From positions 288,001 to 352,000 of the forward strand of contig CAVVJT010000007.1 in assembly GCA_963748625.1 (NCBI GenBank): a stretch of 64,000 bases of DNA, given 5' to 3'. The translations under genes and the position numbers were made by a program. The notes under the pieces are model-generated. The model was given only the letters and a program-made list of their open reading frames with translations. It did not search any database and had not been told where the DNA came from. This stretch comes from an uncultured Chloroflexia bacterium (lineage in GTDB: Bacteria > Chloroflexota > Limnocylindria > Limnocylindrales > CSP1-4). This document shows, piece by piece, positions 1 through 7,445 of this stretch (positions are counted from its first letter, which is position 1; each line of letters opens with the position of its first letter).

Positions 1-651
1 GTACATCGCCTCGCCCACGTCATTGACGACCAGGATCGCCTTCTCGATATCGGTCCCGTAGGCGACCGTCACGTCCTGGTTGATGCGGGCCCACACACGC
101 GTCTTGTTGGAGGCCACCTTGACCTCGCCGTTGGGGACGTTGTGGACCACGCCGTCGAGGTCGCGCAGCGTGGTCCGCCGCAACGAGAAGTCCTCGACGG
201 TCCCCGAAACGCCGGCGATCGTGACGACGTCGCCCTTGCTGTACTGGTTCTCGACCAGGATCAGGGCACCCGTGAAGTAGTCACGGACGATCGACTGGGT
301 GCCGAAGCCCACGGCGATGCCCACGACACCGAGGCCGGCGACCGCCGGGCCGATGTTGAGGTTGAGCTCGCCCAGGATCATCAGCGCGGCGATCCCGATG
401 ATGAAGATGCGCAGGACCGTGGTGCCCAGCCCCTCGAGCGTGTCCATCCGCTTCTTGATCTCGACAGCGGACAGCTCCTGCGCGGTGCCTTCGAGCGCCT
501 CCCGGTCGAGCAGCGTCTTGACCACGCCGTGGACACCGAGGCGCGCCAGCTTGAGCAGGACCAGCGCGATGACGACGATCAGCAGGATCGGCAGCGCGGT
601 GTCCCAGAGCGTCGTGGTGAGCTGGGCGGTGAGTTCCTCGGGAATCGTCAT
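1..651 (-). CDS. Mechanosensitive ion channel family protein (MscS type), 3' end runs off the window
   Basis: Manual translation from ATG at 651 (absent from the ORF track because truncated): MTIPEELT...AGLGVVGIAVGFGTQSIVRDYFTGALILVENQYSKGDVVTIAGVSGTVEDFSLRRTTLRDLDGVVHNVPNG, the MscS TM3 and beta-domain signature. Confidence 0.93.
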   Translation of the reverse strand, partial: MTIPEELTAQLTTTLWDTALPILLIVVIALVLLKLARLGVHGVVKTLLDREALEGTAQELSAVEIKKRMDTLEGLGTTVLRIFIIGIAALMILGELNLNIGPAVAGLGVVGIAVGFGTQSIVRDYFTGALILVENQYSKGDVVTIAGVSGTVEDFSLRRTTLRDLDGVVHNVPNGEVKVASNKTRVWARINQDVTVAYGTDIEKAILVVNDVGEAMY

Positions 652-712
652 GGCGCGCCCAGCCTAGCAGCCGGACGCGCCATGGTCGGTGGCGGCAGAC
701 GGGCGGGCGCGC

Positions 713-1483
713 CTAGGCCGGCGTCCCTCCCAGGCGGACGGATACGGCAGCGGCAGACTCGCGGACGTGCTGGACGAGCTCCGGGAGACGCTGTGGCGTG
801 AGCCGGAACGCGGGACCCCAGATGTCCAGTGCGGCGATGATGTTCCCACGGGCATCGTGGACCGGGGCGGCGATCCCGTTGACACCCGAGTCCCATTCCC
901 CGAACGCCGTGGCGTAGCCGCGGCGCCGGACGCGGGCCAGCTCCTCGAGGAGCGGCTCGAGCCCGGTGATGGTCCGGTCGGTGAAGCGGTCGAGGCCGCG
1001 CCGGACGAGCCGGAGGACCTCCCGCTCGGGAAGCGAGGCGAGGAGCACCTTGCCGGCGGATGCCGAGTGCAGGGGGACCGCGCGGCCCGTCCAGTCGCCC
1101 ACGGCGACCAGGTTGGGCCCGTCGGCCTGGGCCACGGTCAGCATGGAATCGCCGTCGAGAACGCCCAGGCCGGTGGTCTCCCGGGTGGCGCGCGCGAGGC
1201 GCTCCAGCTCGGGCATCGCGAGCGCGCGCAGGTCCAGCGTGCGCTCGGCCTTCTCCGCGAGACGGATGACCACGAGGCCGAGCCGGTACTTGCCGGACTC
1301 CTCGTCCTGCTCCACCAGGCCCCGCTTCTCCAGGGTCGCCAGGAGGCGCGACGCGGTGGACTTGTGGAGGCCGAGGCGCCGGGCGAGCTCGGTCACGCCC
1401 GCTTCGCCATGACTGTCGCCCAAGGCGAGCAGCAGGGCCGCCGCCCGATCGACGGATCGGACGGCGTTCCCGTCAAGCGTCAT
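713..1483 (-). CDS. IclR family transcriptional regulator
   Basis: N-terminal VRSVDRA...GVTELARRLGLHKSTASRLLATL HTH; C-terminal PLHSASAGKVLLA and VRRRGYA...GIAAPV effector domain. Confidence 0.95.
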   Translation of the reverse strand: MTLDGNAVRSVDRAAALLLALGDSHGEAGVTELARRLGLHKSTASRLLATLEKRGLVEQDEESGKYRLGLVVIRLAEKAERTLDLRALAMPELERLARATRETTGLGVLDGDSMLTVAQADGPNLVAVGDWTGRAVPLHSASAGKVLLASLPEREVLRLVRRGLDRFTDRTITGLEPLLEELARVRRRGYATAFGEWDSGVNGIAAPVHDARGNIIAALDIWGPAFRLTPQRLPELVQHVRESAAAVSVRLGGTPA

Positions 1484-1507
1484 GCGTTCGTCCTCTCCCG
1501 TGCGGCG

Positions 1508-2881
1508 TCAGTGCGCCGGAACGTCGAGCTCGCCCCGCGCGCGCAGCTCGAGGGCTGCGTCGAGCGAGTCGCTGAAGATCGCCAGGGTGCGGTCGACGAT
1601 GTCGCCCTGCGCGTGGGCCTCACAGACGAACCAGGGTTCGCGGCTGTCGGGCTCCGGCATGGCGCCGCGGGCGTGCATGCCCACCGCGATCGCGTCGTAG
1701 AGCTGGTGGTCCGTGTTGGCCCAGTCGCGGTACTCGGACGCCACCTTGTCCGTGAACATCACGCCGAACATCGACGAGTGGCCGGTCAGGTGGTAGGCAA
1801 GGCCCTTGGCGTCGAGCATCCCGGCGATGCCGGCCCGGAGCTTGTCGCCGGTCGCGTGGATGGTGGCCAGGGCATCCGTGTCACGCAGGATCTCGAGGGT
1901 CTTGCGGGCCGCTGCCGCGGCGACGCGGTTGCCCGCGTAGGTGCCGCCATGGCTGACCTTGCCCGGCAGGACCGACATGACCTCCTCGCGCCCGCCGAAC
2001 GCGGCCGCCGGATAGCCGTTGCCCATCGCCTTGGCATATGTGGCGAGATCCGGCGTGATGCCGAAGTACTCGGCAGCGCCGCCCTTGGCGAAGCGGAAGC
2101 CGGTCTTGACCTCATCGAAGATCAGGAGGATGCCGAACTCCTCGGTCAGGGCCCGCATCGCCTGGTGGAAGCCCGGCTGGGGCAGGATGCCCTGGGCGTT
2201 GCCCAGCACCGGCTCCACGATGATCGCTGCGATGTCCTCGCCCTGGCGCTCGAACAGGGCGCGCAGGCGTTCGATGTTGTTGTAGCGCGCCGGGATGATC
2301 GTCTTGGCGATCTCGGCCGGGATGCCGCGACCCCAGGCGAGACCGACCGGGTTGTCCTCGTCACCGAGGTCGGCCATGTTGTTGGGCGCGACCGAGATCA
2401 GCGCGTAGTCATGGACACCGTGGTACTGGCCTTCGAACTTCACGATCTTGGTGCGGCCCGTGAAGCCGCGCGCGACCCGCATCGCATGCATGGTCGCCTC
2501 TGTCCCCGAGACGGTCATGCGGGCCTTCTTGACCCACGGGTTGAGCTCCTTGAGGGTCTCCAGGGCGAGCACCTCGTCCTCACTGGTGAGCGAGAACGAG
2601 ACGCCGCGGCGCATCCGCTCGTTGACGAAGTCGTCCACGCGGTCGTCCCCGTGGCCGAGGATGACCGGCCCGTAGCCCATGCGCAGGTCGACGTACTCGT
2701 TGCCGTCCAGGTCCCAGACCAGGCCGCCCTTGCCCCGATCGACGTAGACCGTGTCCTCACCCCAGGCACGGAAGTTCGAGTTGGTGCCGCCGGGGAGGGT
2801 CTCAAGCGCCCGCCGGTACATGGCGAGCTGCTTCTGCCGGGCGAGCTTGGGTTCGGGGAGGGCTGCGGGTTCGGCCGTCAT
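1508..2881 (-). CDS. Class-III PLP-dependent aminotransferase (glutamate-1-semialdehyde aminomutase-like)
   Basis: Motifs DLDGNEYVD, SGTEATMHA, FEGQYHG, IFDEVKTGFR, YAKAMGNG (PLP lysine), GGTYAGN. Confidence 0.9.
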   Translation of the reverse strand: MTAEPAALPEPKLARQKQLAMYRRALETLPGGTNSNFRAWGEDTVYVDRGKGGLVWDLDGNEYVDLRMGYGPVILGHGDDRVDDFVNERMRRGVSFSLTSEDEVLALETLKELNPWVKKARMTVSGTEATMHAMRVARGFTGRTKIVKFEGQYHGVHDYALISVAPNNMADLGDEDNPVGLAWGRGIPAEIAKTIIPARYNNIERLRALFERQGEDIAAIIVEPVLGNAQGILPQPGFHQAMRALTEEFGILLIFDEVKTGFRFAKGGAAEYFGITPDLATYAKAMGNGYPAAAFGGREEVMSVLPGKVSHGGTYAGNRVAAAAARKTLEILRDTDALATIHATGDKLRAGIAGMLDAKGLAYHLTGHSSMFGVMFTDKVASEYRDWANTDHQLYDAIAVGMHARGAMPEPDSREPWFVCEAHAQGDIVDRTLAIFSDSLDAALELRARGELDVPAH

Positions 2882-2986
2882 GGTGTCTCCTGGCTTCTTC
2901 CCCGCCGCGCCCGTCCGGGACGCCGCCGCTGGGACCTGCGGCGTGCGGGGTGCCCGTTCCGTGCTGGCCCATAGGGCGGGACACGC

Positions 2987-3003
2987 GTTGCGGGCAGTGC
3001 AAC
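2987..3003. promoter_or_regulatory. Candidate IclR operator (GTTGC-N7-GCAAC)
   Basis: Palindrome gttgcgggcagtgcaac just downstream of the predicted minus-strand promoter of the aminotransferase-iclR unit. Confidence 0.4.
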
Positions 3004-3014
3004 AAGTGGTTCCG

Positions 3015-3044
3015 ATCGTGCCACGCGGCTTTGACGGCTGTCAA
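3015..3044 (-). promoter_or_regulatory. Sigma70-type promoter for aminotransferase/iclR
   Basis: Minus strand TTGACA (3044-3039), 18 nt spacer ending TGG, CACGAT (3020-3015); the -35 lies within palindrome tttgac-ggct-gtcaaa (3030-3045). Confidence 0.5.
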
Positions 3045-3134
3045 ACGGATTTCGTCCCATTGCTGGCCTTCCAGCTACGAATATCGAAGCCCTATTGGCG
3101 CCGTGGCCCAGTTTCCGCGTACATTGGGCTGACG

Positions 3135-4550
3135 ATGCGCCTGCCCAGCCGCCAGCCCGCCCGTGTCGACCCCGGTCCCGCCGGGGGCTCGTTCTGGTTC
3201 ACGACCGGTGACCCGGGCGAGCGTCGCCGGCCAGCGTCGGGCAATCGGACCGTGGACGTGGCCATCGTCGGCGGCGGGTTCACCGGCCTGTGGAGCGCCA
3301 TCCGCCTGCTCGACGCCGATCCGTCGCTGCGGGTGGTCGTCCTGGAGGCGGAGCAGGTGGGCTGGGGAGCATCGGGCCGCAACGGCGGGTTCGTCGCGTC
3401 GAGCCTGACCCACGGCCTGCACAACGCGCTCCTCCACTTCCCGGACGAGGTGGACCTGCTCCAGGCCGAGGGGCTGCGGAACCTGGCCGACCTGGTGGCC
3501 TTCGTGCGCGACGAGGGGATCGACGCGGAGCTTGAGGCAACAGGCACTCTCGACGCCGCAGTGGAGCCCTGGCAGGTGGACGCGCTCCGAGAGCACGTGG
3601 AGATCTCGAACACCCACGGCAACCCGCTGGTGTTCCTGGAGCGGGACGAGATCCAGGGGGTGGTCCACTCGCACCGCTTCCTGGCAGGTGTCCGCCAGGA
3701 TCCCGGGTTCTGCGTCCTGGTGAACCCGGCGAAGCTGGCCTGGGGGCTGGCCACGGCCGCCGAGCGCCGGGGCGCGACGATCCACGAGACCTCGCGGGTC
3801 ACCGGCCTGCGCCGTCGCGCCGGGGCCGTGGACGTGCTGGTGGACGGCGGGGCGGTCGTGACCGCCGGCCAGGTGCTCATCGGCACGAGCGCCTACAGCG
3901 GCTGGCTCAAGCGCCTGTCACCTGTGTTCGTGCCCGTGTACGACTACGTCCTGATGACCGAGCCGCTCAGCGACGCCCAACGCGATGCGATCGGCTGGAG
4001 CGGGCGCGAAGGCCTCGGCGATGCCGGCAACCAGTTCCACTACTCCCGCTGGTCGGCCGACAACCGGATCCTGTGGGGCGGCTATGACGCCATCTACCAT
4101 CCCGGCAACCGGGTCGACGCGCGGCATGACCTGCGCCCGGCGACGTTCCAGGCCCTGGAGGAGCACTTCCTCGACTACTTCCCCCAGCTGGCCGGGATCC
4201 GGTTCACCCACCGCTGGGGCGGGGCGATCGACACCACCACCCGCTTCACCGTCACGTTCGGCGAGGCGCTGGGCGGCCGGGTGCACTACGCGATCGGGTA
4301 CACCGGGCTTGGCGTGGGCTCGTCTCGCTGGGCGGCGGGCGTGCTGCGGGACAAGGTCCTGGATCCCGGAGCAGACCAGCTGAAGTTGCGGTTCGTGCAG
4401 TCCCGTCCCCTGCCGATCCCGCCGGAACCCTTCCGCACGCCGGTCGTCGAGCTGATGCGCCGCCAGGTGGTGGCCGCGGACGCGAACGAGGGCCACCGCG
4501 GGATGTTCCTGCAGGCGATGGACGCGCTGGGGATCGGCTTCGACTCGTAG
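3135..4550 (+). CDS. FAD-dependent oxidoreductase (DAO / PuuB-like amine oxidase family)
   Basis: DVAIVGGGFTGLWSA Rossmann motif, GASGRNGG, C-terminal GYTGLGVGSS; ATG at 3135 preceded by TACATT. Confidence 0.9.
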   Translation: MRLPSRQPARVDPGPAGGSFWFTTGDPGERRRPASGNRTVDVAIVGGGFTGLWSAIRLLDADPSLRVVVLEAEQVGWGASGRNGGFVASSLTHGLHNALLHFPDEVDLLQAEGLRNLADLVAFVRDEGIDAELEATGTLDAAVEPWQVDALREHVEISNTHGNPLVFLERDEIQGVVHSHRFLAGVRQDPGFCVLVNPAKLAWGLATAAERRGATIHETSRVTGLRRRAGAVDVLVDGGAVVTAGQVLIGTSAYSGWLKRLSPVFVPVYDYVLMTEPLSDAQRDAIGWSGREGLGDAGNQFHYSRWSADNRILWGGYDAIYHPGNRVDARHDLRPATFQALEEHFLDYFPQLAGIRFTHRWGGAIDTTTRFTVTFGEALGGRVHYAIGYTGLGVGSSRWAAGVLRDKVLDPGADQLKLRFVQSRPLPIPPEPFRTPVVELMRRQVVAADANEGHRGMFLQAMDALGIGFDS

Positions 4551-4815
4551 GCCTGGTGCCGGTGTGGCGCCGGGATGGGGTCGACCGGATCAACCTGGTG
4601 CAGCCAGGATCCACCCCCGGCACGCGAGGCCCACGCCCCCTGCAGCGCGCCCCAGCTGTGGGGCGACTCCGCACCCTGCACGCACACGCCGGGTCACAAC
4701 CTCGACCTCTCGCCCGCAGACCACGCTCAACGCAGCCCGAAACGCCCCCCACGTGAGGCGCTGTGCAGGCCGCCGGGGCCTGGAACGCGACGGACCGCTC
4801 CGGAACACGCGAGGC

Positions 4816-5631
4816 TCAGCGCACGCGGCCGCCCGCCACCGGTCGGTGCTCAGGCTCGCGGGCTGCGGCGGCGGCGCGCAGCTCGTCGTCGATCGGGATC
4901 GGCCGGAGGCGACCGGCCGACTCGAGCGCCACTTCGAGCGCGCCGTGGACAGCGGCCGTGCTGATGGCCGGAGTGACATCGGCAACCGCGCCTGCCGTGG
5001 CCGGGTCGAACGCGTAGTCGAGGGCCGCCGACACCTCCTCGAGCACGGACCGCACCCGCGCCCCGTCGTCGACAATCAGGGCGATGCTCGTGAGCGACGC
5101 CCCTGCGACCACGCGCTGCGCGATCCCGCCCAGCTTCACGCCCCCCGCGAGCACGCTGTGGCGTCCGGGGCAGTACTCCCCGGGGAGCTCGCCGGCGACG
5201 GCGGGCACGCCCAGCCCGACCAACGCCCCGATCACCAGGTCCGCGACCACCGCGAACCGCTCGCCGATGCGCGCCCTTGGCTCGGCATCGGCGTACGCCA
5301 GCTCCAGGACCACGGATCGCTCGTGGTAGGCAGCTGCCTTGCCGCCCGGCGCCCGCAGGACCGGGTCGAAGCCGTGGGCGTGTGCGGCTGCGACGGCGTC
5401 GTCGAACCCCGGCCGGAATGCGTCCACCCGGCCGAACGCGAGCGTGGGTCCCGGGATGTACAGACGCGCCGCCGCCGGCGCCCATCCACCGGCCACCCGG
5501 TCGAGCAGGGCGTGTGAGACGGCCAGCTCCCTGACGGCTCCGCCGCCGGCAGGATCGCGGAACAGCAGCAGGTCTGGTCGACCAGGCACGCGGAACGTGC
5601 GCTCAGGCGGCACGCCGCCCTCGCTCCGCAC
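4816..5631 (-). CDS. Lipoate-protein ligase A / LipL-like family protein (start uncertain, 5631 or 5613)
   Basis: AARLYIPGPTLAFGRVD, PVLRAPGGKAAAYH, GELPGEYCPGRHSV, KLGGIAQRV motifs of the BPL/LplA/LipB fold. Confidence 0.8.
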   Translation of the reverse strand: MRSEGGVPPERTFRVPGRPDLLLFRDPAGGGAVRELAVSHALLDRVAGGWAPAAARLYIPGPTLAFGRVDAFRPGFDDAVAAAHAHGFDPVLRAPGGKAAAYHERSVVLELAYADAEPRARIGERFAVVADLVIGALVGLGVPAVAGELPGEYCPGRHSVLAGGVKLGGIAQRVVAGASLTSIALIVDDGARVRSVLEEVSAALDYAFDPATAGAVADVTPAISTAAVHGALEVALESAGRLRPIPIDDELRAAAAAREPEHRPVAGGRVR

Positions 5632-5642
5632 GCCCCACTCGC

Positions 5643-7319
5643 TCAGCCTGCCGCGGGAACCCAGCCCGGCAGCTCCTTGGCCAGCGTGGCCAGCGGCAGC
5701 GAGCCGTGGCCGACCACCTCGTCGTGGAAGCGGCGCAGGTCGAACGCGGCGCCGTCGCGGGCCTCCAGCTCCTGGCGGAGCCGGCGGATCTCGCGCATGC
5801 CCAGCATGTAGCACAGCGCCTGGCCCGGCCAGCTGATGTAGCGGTCGGTCTCGATGTTGGCGTCGGTGGCCGAGAGGCCGGTCTTGAGCAGCCAGTCCAC
5901 CGACTGCTGGCGGGACCAGCCGAGCCCGTGCAGGCCGGAGTCCACGATCAGGCGCGATGCCCTCCACGCCTGGGCATCGAGCATGCCGAGCCGCTCGCCG
6001 GCGTCGCGATAGAGCCCCAGCTCGTCCGCGAGGCGCTCCGCGTACAGACCCCACCCTTCCACGTACGCACCACCGATGCGGCGGGCGCCGAGGCGGCGGT
6101 AGACGTTGAGCGACGGATCCTCCATCTCGAGGGTGATCTGGAAGTGGTGCCCGGGCGTCGCCTCGTGGTAGGTGGTTGACGCGAGCTTGGTGTACGTCCG
6201 GCTCGGCAGGTCGTACGTGTTCACGTAGTAGATGCCCGGCCGGGAGCCGTCGGGGGTGGGCGGGAAGTAGTAGGCGAAGGGGGCGACCTGCTCCTTGAAC
6301 GCCTCGACCGGCCGGACCTCGCAGCCTGCCCGCGGGAGTCGCCCGAACACGCGCCTGGCCGCCTCGTTGGCGCGGCCGATGTCCTCCGTCGCGCGGGCGA
6401 CCAGCTCCTCCTTGGACGCAGCCTGGTTGGCCGGCTCCGCCTCGAGCGCGCGCCGGTAGGCGGCGACGTCATCCCCGAAGCCCGCAACCTGCGCCAGTGC
6501 GCGGCGCTCGACGTCGATGGCCTCAAGTTCCGCGAGACCGATCGCGTGGACCTCGGCGGGGGCGATGTCGAGGCTTGTCCAGCTGCGGATCGCGTAGCGG
6601 TACTGCGCCTCACCGTCGGGCGCGGAGATCAGGCCGGGCACCTCGCGCGTGCTGGCGAGGTACTCGTCCCGCAGGACGGCGAGGTAGCGGGCGTCGGCAG
6701 GCTGCACGACCTCGCGGACGACCTCGGCGACGCGGGCGCGGGCGGCATCGTCCGCGACCGAGCAGGCGGTGGTGACCGGGTGCTGCTCGGCAGGCACGGC
6801 GCAGAGCTGCTCGAGCTGGGCGATGGTCAGCTCCGCCACGATCCGCGCGGCAGTGCGCCCCGAGGCGATGCCCTCGCGCAGGATCGCGGTGTTCGCGTCC
6901 ATGAACGGCCCATAGGCCCGGAGGCGCCGCAGCCAGCGCTCGAGGCCATCCGGCGTGGCGGCCGGCTGGAAGATCGCGATCTGGGCCAGGATCGTCTGGG
7001 GTCCGTCGATCTGGTTGACCTGGGTCATCTCGTGCGCCCCGATGGCCTCGCCCTCGACATAGAGGGCGGCGATCCGGCCGATCACGTCCCGCGTGATCCG
7101 GTCCTCAAGGTCCAGCTCGTCCTCGGGGATCGCGGCGACGGCGCCCTCGGCACGCCGGTACGCGGCGATCGTGTCCGCCCGGCCCTGCGGGCCCGGATCG
7201 TCGATGCGATCGTCGAAGCGGGAATCGCCGTACACCGTCGCCGTGAGGGGCGACAGCACGAGGAGCTCCTCCCAGAGGCGGGTGGCGATGGCATCGGTGC
7301 GCGATGACTGGTGCGTCAC
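5643..7319 (-). CDS. DUF885 family protein (putative metallopeptidase), no signal peptide seen
   Basis: YHEATPGHHFQ, AYVEGWGLYAE, RLIVDSGLH, ETDRYISWPGQALCYMLG, FDLRRFHD. Confidence 0.9.
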   Translation of the reverse strand: MTHQSSRTDAIATRLWEELLVLSPLTATVYGDSRFDDRIDDPGPQGRADTIAAYRRAEGAVAAIPEDELDLEDRITRDVIGRIAALYVEGEAIGAHEMTQVNQIDGPQTILAQIAIFQPAATPDGLERWLRRLRAYGPFMDANTAILREGIASGRTAARIVAELTIAQLEQLCAVPAEQHPVTTACSVADDAARARVAEVVREVVQPADARYLAVLRDEYLASTREVPGLISAPDGEAQYRYAIRSWTSLDIAPAEVHAIGLAELEAIDVERRALAQVAGFGDDVAAYRRALEAEPANQAASKEELVARATEDIGRANEAARRVFGRLPRAGCEVRPVEAFKEQVAPFAYYFPPTPDGSRPGIYYVNTYDLPSRTYTKLASTTYHEATPGHHFQITLEMEDPSLNVYRRLGARRIGGAYVEGWGLYAERLADELGLYRDAGERLGMLDAQAWRASRLIVDSGLHGLGWSRQQSVDWLLKTGLSATDANIETDRYISWPGQALCYMLGMREIRRLRQELEARDGAAFDLRRFHDEVVGHGSLPLATLAKELPGWVPAAG

Positions 7320-7445
7320 GAGGAACCCCAAGTGCGGGCGCCGGCGGGCCCGACGCGGCCGTCTGCAACCAGGCCAGCGTACCCCCGGCGACGATCCGGT
7401 GAGGACCCACCGGTGCCCGATCTCGAGGTCAGCCCCCGAGGCGCA

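Noticed and set aside
1508-2881. Calling the aminotransferase hemL
   Set aside because: The family is right, but the context is IclR plus amine oxidase with no hem genes, so the symbol is withheld.
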